Sequence record: MT708547.1
Direction: 5' to 3' (one strand)
DNA: 64,000 nucleotides
Made by a program: the position numbers and the translations under genes. Positions 54,402 through 63,086 of the stretch are shown here, piece by piece. Numbering within the stretch: position 1 is the first letter of the stretch; each line of letters begins with the position of its first letter. The notes under the pieces were generated by a model, which searched no databases, was not told where the DNA came from, and saw only the letters and a program-made list of their open reading frames with translations.

Positions 54402-54466
54402 GGTATTATAAAAGATTGTAATACATAATATTAACTTTTAAGAACATAATTAAGTTATCATACACA

Positions 54467-54558
<92 letters not shown>

Positions 54559-54577
54559 TAAAATTCAATTAAAAAAT

Positions 54578-54708
<131 letters not shown>

Positions 54709-54716
54709 GATTTCAT

Positions 54717-54766
54717 GGATAGTTATAAAGTTGAATTAACAGCGACACTTAAAATTGTCACTATCC
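54717..54766 (+). ncRNA. Repeated 50-nt ncRNA family A, copy 3
   Basis: GGATAGT/ACTATCC; TATAAAGTTGAATTAACAG; GACA/TGTC. Confidence 0.7.
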
Positions 54767-54825
54767 AAATTTTAATTTAAATAGTACTTGACAAAAATAT
54801 TCAGTACTGATACATAAAGAATATT

Positions 54826-55136
54826 GGCCCCTTAGCTCACGCTTTGGTTAGAGCAGACGACTCATCGATAAATGGTGACTTTCACAAGTAATTGTGATTG
54901 AAAAACTGGATGAATTCAGGGAAACCTTAACACATAATGGTGATGGCAATCCTGAGCCAAGCCCAATAAGCGTATTGGGAAGGTGCAGAGACTAGGTGGT
55001 TCAGCACGATCTTGCTGTGTAATACACCAATAGCGTCCGGCATCCTTATAGGATGATGATATAGTCCTTTCTATAATGAAAATTATAGGTAAAAAGAATC
55101 GTTTGGTACTGTGTTCGACTCACAGAGGGGCCACCA
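54826..55136 (+). tRNA. tRNA-Ile2(CAT), interrupted by a group I intron (exons 54826-54865 and 55097-55136)
   Basis: Joined exons give GGCCCCTTAGCTCA..GACGA-CT-CAT-AA-TCGTT..AGGGGCCACCA, closely resembling E. coli ileX. Confidence 0.92.
54866..55096 (+). mobile_element. Group I self-splicing intron, 231 nt, ORF-less
   Basis: AATTCAGGGAAACC (54913), GGCAATCCTGAGCCAA (54945), GAAGGTGCAGAGACTAG (54979), GATGATATAGTCC (55055); exon ends in U, intron ends in G. Confidence 0.92.
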
Positions 55137-55141
55137 CACAT

Positions 55142-55213
55142 TGTACTCTTCTCCTGTAAGGAGAATGACAAAAAGCTATCCGAAAGATAGAAAGCCTGAA
55201 ATAACAGGGTACA
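55142..55213 (+). ncRNA. Putative four-way-junction ncRNA
   Basis: TGTAC/GTACA enclosing TTCTCC/GGAGAA, CTATC/GATAG and CCTG/CAGG. Confidence 0.5.
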
Positions 55214-55223
55214 TTTAATCAAT

Positions 55224-55306
55224 TGGTAGTTGGCAGAGCGGCTTTTGCGACGGACTGTTAATCCGTGTCAGAAATGACAAGACTGGTTCGACTCCAGTAC
55301 TACCAG
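55224..55306 (+). tRNA. tRNA-Asn(GTT) with a long variable arm, CCA not encoded
   Basis: TGGTAGT/ACTACCA, ACGGA-CT-GTT-AA-TCCGT, GTCA-GAAA-TGAC arm, G73. Confidence 0.85.
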
Positions 55307-55371
55307 CATATAAAAAATGAACTTCAGAACAATAAATAATATCATAGAGGATATTATGAGGTCTGAAGTTC

Positions 55372-55917
55372 ATGGGAAGAAAGCAAACAGAAGAAACACG
55401 CAAAAAAATTTCTAATGCATTAAAAGCAAAAAATACAGTTTTACCCGAAAAAGAAATTATTGAAAAATACACAAACGGTATAGCTGTATATAAGTTAGCA
55501 AAAGAATACAAATGCCACAAAACAAGAATAAATTCTATAATTGAAGCTAGTGGTGTTAAACGACCAATCGCTACAAATAAAAATAGATTTTGTGAAATTC
55601 ATAAATGTAATTATGAAAAAAATCCACAAGGTAAGTGGAAATGTAATAAATGTGATATTCAACGTGTTTCTGATAGACGTAGAGAACTTAAATTACTTGC
55701 TGTGGAATATAAAGGTGGGTGTTGTGAAAAATGTGGATATGATAAATGCATAGCTGCGTTAGAATTTCACCATTTAGATCCAAATGAAAAAGATTTTGGA
55801 ATATCATCCAGTGGTCATACACGAAGTTTCGAAAAGTTAAAGATAGAACTTGATAAATGTATTATGGTTTGTGCTAATTGTCATCGTGAAATTCATGATG
55901 ATGAAAGAAAAGAATAA
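55372..55917 (+). mobile_element. Free-standing HNH endonuclease
   Basis: GGCCEKCGY..ALEFHHLDPNEKDF..ELDKCIMVCANCHREIH. Confidence 0.9.
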
Positions 55918-56115
<198 letters not shown>

Positions 56116-56139
56116 TTAATTTAAATGGAGTACTGAATA

Positions 56140-56340
56140 ATGTCCAAATATGTTAATCGTCAAAAACGAAAAGCACGTACTAAGGACGAAATTCTACAGT
56201 TGATACAAAAAAATCAAAAAGATGTAGTTATTGAAGAATATATTTTTCAGTACGGTAATCAACAATCAATGGTACAAGAAAGTAATGGTAAGTATCATTC
56301 TGAGCATTACGATCTCATTAAACGAATTCTTTTGAAATAA
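56140..56340 (+). CDS. Hypothetical protein
   Basis: 66 aa with GGAG RBS. Confidence 0.55.
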   Translation: MSKYVNRQKRKARTKDEILQLIQKNQKDVVIEEYIFQYGNQQSMVQESNGKYHSEHYDLIKRILLK

Positions 56341-56491
56341 ACAATAATACTCATCATCTAATATCAGTACTGATGCGTATCAGCAGGTGGCTTGATGGGC
56401 AGTACTGACAGGATACATCGTTCTCCGGTGGCGGGTTCGGTGGATATACGTAAAGTCGTATTGGGTATACCAAATATAATAATAAAAATAT

Positions 56492-56574
56492 GTAATAATG
56501 TGATAGCTCAAATAGGTAGAGCGGGAGGCCAAAGTGCTGACTGGTTTGTGAGTTCAATTCTCACCCGTTATTAC
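56492..56574 (+). ncRNA. tRNA-like RNA or tRNA pseudogene lacking a canonical anticodon arm
   Basis: D-arm TAGCTCAAATAGGTAGAGC, T-arm GTGAG-TTCAATT-CTCAC, 9-bp end stem. Confidence 0.6.
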
Positions 56575-56583
56575 TAAACTAGT

Positions 56584-56615
56584 AAGCTACCCTATGTTAT
56601 TCGGGTAGCTTTTTC
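56584..56615 (+). terminator. Terminator closing the RNA island
   Basis: AAGCTACCC..GGGTAGCTTTT. Confidence 0.75.
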
Positions 56616-56640
56616 TTTTTTTATAACAAGAGAGATTATC

Positions 56641-57057
56641 ATGAGTAAAGTTACTTTACTGAATATTTTACAAGAATGCTATGAAAAACTTGAAAATTCC
56701 AATCCAAGTGTCATATTCAACTCATCATTTGATAATTATTCTACTTCAAATTATAAAGCAAAAATTTTAGTATATAATCACTTTGATTTATCATCATTAA
56801 GTGATTGTAGTAACATTTACTTACACATTTGTGACTACAATGATGATAGTGGGTATACTATGACGATTGATATTTACAAAGGATATTTTTATTATAAAAA
56901 TAAAAAATTTGACAATTTTGAAAATTTATTCCCATTGACTGAAGATACGATGTTTCAGTACTCAACACTTTATGACACATCATCCTTGACAATCGATGAG
57001 TTAAATTTTATAATGTCTATTAGTTTGGATATTCCAATTTATGAAGCATCATTATAA
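56641..57057 (+). CDS. F[QM]xS-module family protein
   Basis: LTEDTMFQYSTLYDT. Confidence 0.7.
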   Translation: MSKVTLLNILQECYEKLENSNPSVIFNSSFDNYSTSNYKAKILVYNHFDLSSLSDCSNIYLHICDYNDDSGYTMTIDIYKGYFYYKNKKFDNFENLFPLTEDTMFQYSTLYDTSSLTIDELNFIMSISLDIPIYEASL

Positions 57058-57074
57058 AATCTAGGAGCATTTTT

Positions 57075-57227
57075 ATGAAAATTAAGTGTTGTGTATGTGA
57101 TTGTGAAATTGATGAAAAGCATGTATATGGCGAATGGGATGATTACTGCTCCGATTGCTGGGAATCTGAAGGACGTGATGCAGAACGATGGGAAGATGAG
57201 AGTGAGTGGGATGAGGATGAAGAATAA
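57075..57227 (+). CDS. 50-aa acidic zinc-finger miniprotein (absent from the ORF track)
   Basis: AGGAG RBS; MKIKCCVCDCEIDEKHVYGEWDDYCSDCWESEGRDAERWEDESEWDEDEE. Confidence 0.6.
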   Translation: MKIKCCVCDCEIDEKHVYGEWDDYCSDCWESEGRDAERWEDESEWDEDEE

Positions 57228-57323
57228 ACGTATGTTTAAAGTACTGTTTCTTCATGCGTTTTAATTTATAGAGGCTGATTCATTGAATCGGCCATTTTCT
57301 TTGTTAAAAAAAGAGATAAAAAT

Positions 57324-57731
57324 ATGAAAAAATTTCTTTCAAAAGAACACGAAGAAAATATTCTTAATGCATTGAGTGTATTTCCAGAGAGTGTCATAAG
57401 TAATAATAAGAATTCTACATATTATTATGGTAAAGGTAATTGGTTTTATTTTAGCGACAGTTCATATATGTGTGTATTAAATCTATGTACTGAAGAATAT
57501 TCTTATTGTTTAAGGATCGATCCTCGTTATAAATTAATCCTACTATGCGAAAAGAATGATGAATTTTATGAAAGTGAGATAGATGATACCGATTCATATA
57601 TTAGTAATTTTTATCTCGAAGAAGATGTTTATTTTATGGATAGTACTGTGAATGAAATTACTATTCCTTTTAGTATAATGAAACGTTCGCATGAATTTCT
57701 AAAATACAGCAGAGAAAAATTTCATGACTGA
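57324..57731 (+). CDS. F[QM]xS-module family protein
   Basis: LEEDVYFMDSTVNEI. Confidence 0.65.
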   Translation: MKKFLSKEHEENILNALSVFPESVISNNKNSTYYYGKGNWFYFSDSSYMCVLNLCTEEYSYCLRIDPRYKLILLCEKNDEFYESEIDDTDSYISNFYLEEDVYFMDSTVNEITIPFSIMKRSHEFLKYSREKFHD

Positions 57732-58095
57732 TATAAATGAAGTTATAGAGCATTTTTATAATTGGGTAATAACGGATCCAATAAAAACTGGATTAATTGA
57801 AAAATATAACTGCTCTATGTATTCTTATTGTTCAAATAAAGCTACGATGTATAGTAAGGATGTTGATAATTATTTACTAATCACTGACGATGTAGTTTAT
57901 GATGTATTTGACAATGAAATTGTCATTGATGGTGGTGATGTTGATATTGTAAAATTACATGATATAGATTTCTCATGTACTGAATCGGCGGCGTTCCAAT
58001 TAAGCACATTATATGATTTCCGATGCAGTACTGAAAGTATTGTATTATTATTGAAAATAGTACATATTTTAAGAAAAAAGAGAATGGTATTATAA
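57724..58095 (+). CDS. F[QM]xS-module family protein
   Basis: TESAAFQLSTLYDFRCSTESIVLLLKIV. Confidence 0.7.
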   Translation: MTDINEVIEHFYNWVITDPIKTGLIEKYNCSMYSYCSNKATMYSKDVDNYLLITDDVVYDVFDNEIVIDGGDVDIVKLHDIDFSCTESAAFQLSTLYDFRCSTESIVLLLKIVHILRKKRMVL

Positions 58096-58511
58096 TGGTG
58101 GAATTTAATGTTCAAGATTTTTATGATTTTGTAATGAAAGCAGAAAAGAATAATCGTGAATATATTAAAACAGTTGGGGGTAATATATATCAACACTACT
58201 GTTATTCTTTAACGGAGGGAATGGATGCATTTACAAATTCAACTATGGACAATGTATTATATAATTTATTAATGCATAATTGTCATTATGTATTTGATGT
58301 TTACAGTAATCAAATAATTTATAAAATTATATTTTTTGATAAAAAACAAATTGAAAATACAATTAATTTGGATTGTTATGATTCTGAATCAAAAGAAGGA
58401 TTTGCTTTTCAGTTATCAGTTTCATATGATTTCCCATTTAGTACTGAAGATTATATTTTAATGTTAAAGATTGTTGATAAATTAAGACTAAACGAAAGGA
58501 ATTTCAAATGA
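58095..58511 (+). CDS. F[QM]xS-module family protein
   Basis: KEGFAFQLSVSYDFPFSTEDYILMLKIV. Confidence 0.7.
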   Translation: MVEFNVQDFYDFVMKAEKNNREYIKTVGGNIYQHYCYSLTEGMDAFTNSTMDNVLYNLLMHNCHYVFDVYSNQIIYKIIFFDKKQIENTINLDCYDSESKEGFAFQLSVSYDFPFSTEDYILMLKIVDKLRLNERNFK

Positions 58512-58954
58512 ACATTACTAGTGTTAAACTAATTTTTGAAAACTGTGAAGCAATAGACATTCCTTTTAATGATATATTGTTTTTGCATATAGGGAAAGAA
58601 TACAAAAAAACACATAGAACTTTTAATTCTTTGTCTATAGAAACGGTTTTAAAAGAATTTGCTATTGCACTGAATAAGGATATTGAATGTAATTTCTGGA
58701 ATAACCAGAGCATCGAAGAAAGACTTGCTATGCGTGATATAACATGGGTAGAACTGTGCAATAATAATGAGAAAGTATCATATTATATTGAATGGCCTGA
58801 ATACGATGAGTATTATAGTACTGCACAACGTTTGCAGTACACACCAGATGGTAATTTAATTTTTACCAGTTCTACTCAATCATTCATCAAAATCGAAACT
58901 GATGATATCGATCATATGGCTAAATCAATTGGGATGTACGGACATGAAAAATGA
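58508..58954 (+). CDS. Hypothetical protein
   Basis: 148 aa, ATGA overlap. Confidence 0.65.
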   Translation: MNITSVKLIFENCEAIDIPFNDILFLHIGKEYKKTHRTFNSLSIETVLKEFAIALNKDIECNFWNNQSIEERLAMRDITWVELCNNNEKVSYYIEWPEYDEYYSTAQRLQYTPDGNLIFTSSTQSFIKIETDDIDHMAKSIGMYGHEK

Positions 58955-59387
58955 TAATGATGGGAATTTTATAAAAATTCATTTAAAAAGAACCTGGACA
59001 GATGTTGAATCAGGTGATATAATGAACGTAGAATATAGCACAGAAAAGATTTTAGTTAAAAACCAACTTAATGCAAATGATGAAGCAAATGATTTCATTG
59101 AAAAAAATGTTGGCGTTTATGTTCTTGATGGAATAGAATATAAAACTGAACTCATCGAGAAGGATGTTATGCAAGATAAACAGGTCTTTTTAACTAAAGA
59201 ACAAATGTTCGATTTTATTCTCAATAATACTGTGACAATCATTCCAGATAACACCATCTGGACTGATGAAAATGGTAATAAAGTCAAAAAGAAATATACA
59301 GTATCGATTAATTCAACATCAATGAGTGGGTTTGACTTAGAAGATGCTATTAATTACTACGTAAACAATAGGAGTTCAATGAAATGA
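58944..59387 (+). CDS. Hypothetical protein
   Basis: ORF; start reassigned to ATG 58944. Confidence 0.55.
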   Translation: MKNDNDGNFIKIHLKRTWTDVESGDIMNVEYSTEKILVKNQLNANDEANDFIEKNVGVYVLDGIEYKTELIEKDVMQDKQVFLTKEQMFDFILNNTVTIIPDNTIWTDENGNKVKKKYTVSINSTSMSGFDLEDAINYYVNNRSSMK

Positions 59388-59713
59388 TATTCATCATTGT
59401 CGCAGTTATTTGTTGTGTTACGGTTATTATCTGTAAATCAATTCAGGTAAAAAGTTATCATAAAGCACTGGAGATGGAAAAGAATTTATATAGTACTGAA
59501 ATTCTTTGTGAAGACCCTAATGCGAAAAAATCACCATATTCACTAACAAGAGAACTCCATGTAGAATCAGAAACATGGGGATGGACTGTAAACAGAAACG
59601 GTGAAAAAGTCAAAAGTTCAAATGGTTATTATCAAATTCTCAACTTAGATAAAGCACAAGAACTGATGAATACTATGGAAAAAATTGATGGATACAAAAT
59701 AACCAAATTTTAA
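59384..59713 (+). CDS. Membrane-anchored hypothetical protein
   Basis: N-terminal TM. Confidence 0.6.
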   Translation: MIFIIVAVICCVTVIICKSIQVKSYHKALEMEKNLYSTEILCEDPNAKKSPYSLTRELHVESETWGWTVNRNGEKVKSSNGYYQILNLDKAQELMNTMEKIDGYKITKF

Positions 59714-59729
59714 TCCAGGAGAAATATAT

Positions 59730-60068
59730 ATGGATATTAGTAGTACTATAAAATTCTTGGCAGAGAATTTTGAAAAGATTATCACAAGGGGTGGTTTAAT
59801 AGTTCACCCCAATACGAATATTATGTATCAAATTAGATTTGACACTCAGTCTTATGATCAAGTACTTGTATTTTCCAAGTTCAATGATTATAAAGAAGTA
59901 GTGATGTTTTGTTGTACAGAATTTGGTGTATATATCAAAGATACTGAAACTCAAACAATTTCCCATTACTTTTACCATACATTAATGGGCACTGATTTAT
60001 TTGGTCTTAAATTTAATGATTTGGCTAATTTGCATTACATGTTCAAACACTATCCACACACTAACTAA
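59730..60068 (+). CDS. Hypothetical protein
   Basis: 112 aa with AGGAG RBS. Confidence 0.6.
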   Translation: MDISSTIKFLAENFEKIITRGGLIVHPNTNIMYQIRFDTQSYDQVLVFSKFNDYKEVVMFCCTEFGVYIKDTETQTISHYFYHTLMGTDLFGLKFNDLANLHYMFKHYPHTN

Positions 60069-60077
60069 GGAAGTACA

Positions 60078-60905
60078 ATGAAAAATATTATTTTTAAAAA
60101 CGTTGCGTTTGTAAAAGATCTATACACTGGTGCATATGTATCTGGTAATAAACTAATTATCTCTGCTGGTAATGAATATGAAGTGCAATTTGAGTCCAGT
60201 GATAAGGCATTTGAAGGTTTAACTGAACTAGATAGTCTGTTGAATGCAGAAGAACATACCAAATCACCAAAAGCAAGTACTGTTTCTGATGAAATTACTT
60301 CTCTTTTGAACGGTATTAAAAACGGTTCAGTACTGAATACTATTAACGGAATTAATGACAAACTTCGTAATAAAGTAAGTTCATTTAAAAACGATGCACA
60401 AGAAAAAGCAATGGAAATCGCATTTGAAAAACTATTTAAAGAAGGTTCACTTGCTATCGATAAAGCTATTTCTGATCTGGACAACGCTTTCAACGTTCTG
60501 TTCCCTGAAGATGAAACAGAAACACCAAAACAACAAAATACAACTAGCACAAAACCCACTGAAAGCACAGAAAGTATTAAATCCAAAAAATTTAACATTG
60601 ATGATATTTTTAGTACTCTAAATGTTGGTCAGGATCAAAGTGTACTAACTTTTGATAAAATCATGGCTTCTGATAAGATCATTGATGATATGACAAGTAC
60701 TGAACTTCGTCGTATTATTGAGATTTTCATTGATGAAATTGTGAATTCCGAAAAAGGTAAAGAGATGATTGATTCAATCAAAACCAATTTTGGTACAGCA
60801 GAAGTTGATGCCGCGATCCAGAAAATCAAAGATACTGCATATCAGGTTTGTATTGAAAATTCAAATCTAACATTTGCTGATGTGATGCAAAAATACTTCT
60901 TTTAA
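60078..60905 (+). CDS. Hypothetical protein
   Basis: 275 aa with AAGGA RBS. Confidence 0.7.
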   Translation: MKNIIFKNVAFVKDLYTGAYVSGNKLIISAGNEYEVQFESSDKAFEGLTELDSLLNAEEHTKSPKASTVSDEITSLLNGIKNGSVLNTINGINDKLRNKVSSFKNDAQEKAMEIAFEKLFKEGSLAIDKAISDLDNAFNVLFPEDETETPKQQNTTSTKPTESTESIKSKKFNIDDIFSTLNVGQDQSVLTFDKIMASDKIIDDMTSTELRRIIEIFIDEIVNSEKGKEMIDSIKTNFGTAEVDAAIQKIKDTAYQVCIENSNLTFADVMQKYFF

Positions 60906-60926
60906 TGTATAAAATTTGATATAATA

Positions 60927-60953
60927 AAAGCCTCCCTTCGTGGAGGCTTTTTT
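60927..60953 (+). terminator. Terminator hairpin
   Basis: AAAAGCCTCC-CTTCGT-GAGGCTTTTTT. Confidence 0.75.
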
Positions 60954-60979
60954 CGTTCTTTTTTAATTTAAATTGAGTC

Positions 60980-61008
60980 TTGACAAATAATACATTTTTA
61001 TGTATAAT
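60980..61008 (+). promoter_or_regulatory. Consensus sigma70 promoter
   Basis: TTGACA-N17-TATAAT. Confidence 0.8.
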
Positions 61009-61043
61009 AATCCTAATAATTAGAAAAGTATCAGGTGTGATTT

Positions 61044-61628
61044 ATGTTAAGTACTTTTAAGCGAGTTTATTTAAGAAACAACAAAATGCAAGTTCGTTTA
61101 CACAAAGACGAAGCTGATTCGTTTATGGCTAAAGCTATTGTTAAATCTGAATTGTACAAACGCCTTTCACCAAAAGAAAGCTCGCCATATGGATTTAATC
61201 ACCCACACAGCCATTATGTTGGATTGGTGTGTGAACACGCTGCTTATGTGTTGTTCACGGAACTGGAAGAAATGACTGGCATCAAATACTATATCGATCC
61301 AGCATTCCAGAATAGTAAAAGAGATGGTGAATGTGATTTAATTGTTAACAATCTACGTATAGAAGTGAAGGGTATTAAGTACAAATCATGGACTAATTAT
61401 GGTCCGTGTATCAGTACAAGACAATTGAAGAATATTGAGAAAAAGGCAGATATCATTCTGTGGGTTTTGTATAATGAAAAACGTCATGAATTTTCGTTTG
61501 AAGGTTTTAATTATGTAAAAGATGTACATACTGTACCAGTTAAAATTACTGGTGCTAAAGGTAAACCACAAATTAAAAATCATCCAGTTATTGATATTAT
61601 TAAACCATTACAGGAATTACCAATATGA
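61044..61628 (+). CDS. Putative PD-(D/E)XK restriction-endonuclease-like protein
   Basis: GLVCEHAA..DGECDLIVNNLRIEVKG. Confidence 0.6.
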   Translation: MLSTFKRVYLRNNKMQVRLHKDEADSFMAKAIVKSELYKRLSPKESSPYGFNHPHSHYVGLVCEHAAYVLFTELEEMTGIKYYIDPAFQNSKRDGECDLIVNNLRIEVKGIKYKSWTNYGPCISTRQLKNIEKKADIILWVLYNEKRHEFSFEGFNYVKDVHTVPVKITGAKGKPQIKNHPVIDIIKPLQELPI

Positions 61629-61882
61629 TCAAATGTAATATCGTAGTGTATAATTATGAGATTAATTCACGCGATGGAAGTGAAGAATTAGTGAATTCAT
61701 ATTTAGAATATGTAGTTAATTTTCCAGTACTACCGGCGATTGGTTCTGAATTGAAAATTTATACATACAATGAAAAAGTATATGTAGTACTGGATATTGA
61801 ATACAGAACACGAATTATGGATTGTCATAATATTGACAATCCAAGTACTATGGAAATTAATATCATTGTTAAGGAAGTATAA
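61625..61882 (+). CDS. Hypothetical protein
   Basis: 85 aa; LPAIG motif similar to the next ORF. Confidence 0.6.
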   Translation: MIKCNIVVYNYEINSRDGSEELVNSYLEYVVNFPVLPAIGSELKIYTYNEKVYVVLDIEYRTRIMDCHNIDNPSTMEINIIVKEV

Positions 61883-62124
61883 TGAACCAACAATACATGA
61901 TTAAAGTGGTTTTGTACAAAAATGATAATCAGAGAACTAAAATCTGTTCTTCTTATGTTCAGTCATTGCCAAGAACCGGGGAACTTATTACAGTACTTAA
62001 TGATAAATTCATTGTTGAACAGATTGAACACACACTGTATCCAATTAGTACAACTGATACAGTTTCATGGAATATGAATCAACATTCTGAATCTGGTATT
62101 GCTATTATTTGTACAAAAACATAA
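61882..62124 (+). CDS. Hypothetical protein
   Basis: 80 aa; LPRTGE motif. Confidence 0.6.
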   Translation: MNQQYMIKVVLYKNDNQRTKICSSYVQSLPRTGELITVLNDKFIVEQIEHTLYPISTTDTVSWNMNQHSESGIAIICTKT

Positions 62125-62584
62125 GGTGCCACAATATATGATGTATTTTATATTTCTGTACTTAATATGTCACCTTGTTATTGTTACTATTATGGACAGA
62201 CATTCACACTTTGGATATAGTTATAAAGTTGCTAAGATTTATGGTTTTAAATCATATTTTGTTGCACTATTTTATAGTTATATACTCGATCCAAAGTATA
62301 TGGTATTGTCTCTTATACTACAAAAAGAAGCAAATATTGATACTATTTCTAAAATAGAATTCGTGTGTAGACGATTTCTTAATTCAGATGATAAATGCTC
62401 CATTGATTTTCATTCGGATAAAATCATTTTTGTGTATAAAGGTGTATTCACTTGTGGTATTGAATTAAATCAGGTATTAGGTGTAGTTGATATTTCATGG
62501 AATCATAATGTCATTATGCATCCAAGAACTATCAAGCTAATAGAAGCATGTAAAATAAAAGTTGACAGCGACACAAAGAGATGA
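62099..62584 (+). CDS. Hypothetical membrane protein
   Basis: Hydrophobic N-terminus; start uncertain. Confidence 0.5.
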   Translation: MLLFVQKHKVPQYMMYFIFLYLICHLVIVTIMDRHSHFGYSYKVAKIYGFKSYFVALFYSYILDPKYMVLSLILQKEANIDTISKIEFVCRRFLNSDDKCSIDFHSDKIIFVYKGVFTCGIELNQVLGVVDISWNHNVIMHPRTIKLIEACKIKVDSDTKR

Positions 62585-62612
62585 TATTATATAGAATAAA
62601 CATATTAAAGAG

Positions 62613-63086
62613 GTGTATATGGATTCTTTAGCTACTCTATTCAAACTGAATACTTCAGAAAAAGAAGGTTATTTGAGTATCAGTGATCTTGAAAATACAA
62701 GTGAATATATTTTCAAAAATACAATCAAAATTAAAGCGAATAAGGATAAAAGCAATACACATTTCACAAAATGGATTGCTTATTGGGAGGGTGTTAATTT
62801 CGCAGTTGAAATGACAGTTCTACCAAAAGTATTAAGTACCGGATTTGTTAAAGTTGTTATTATTGATAAAAATCTTCGACCAATTTCTGAAATTGGTGAA
62901 TACCCGGTTAAGGGTACTAAAGTTTTTGGTACCATGATCAATAATAAGTTCATGATCGAAAAAACAAAAACTCAATACATCAATCAGGTTATTTCTGAAT
63001 TCGAGAACAAACCTAAACCAAAAACTAAATCAGAAACCAATGAAGAATATGTTAATAAAATTAAAGAAGCATGGGGATTGAAATAA
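62613..63086 (+). CDS. Hypothetical protein
   Basis: 157 aa with GAGGT RBS. Confidence 0.65.
   Translation: MYMDSLATLFKLNTSEKEGYLSISDLENTSEYIFKNTIKIKANKDKSNTHFTKWIAYWEGVNFAVEMTVLPKVLSTGFVKVVIIDKNLRPISEIGEYPVKGTKVFGTMINNKFMIEKTKTQYINQVISEFENKPKPKTKSETNEEYVNKIKEAWGLK

Noticed and set aside
60065-60598. Long minus-strand ORF, plus many other antisense or alternative-frame ORFs in the track (for example 470..679, 4339..4593, 29595..29897, 52457..52837)
   Set aside because: These are shadows of well-supported + strand genes, with no RBS or recognisable motifs.
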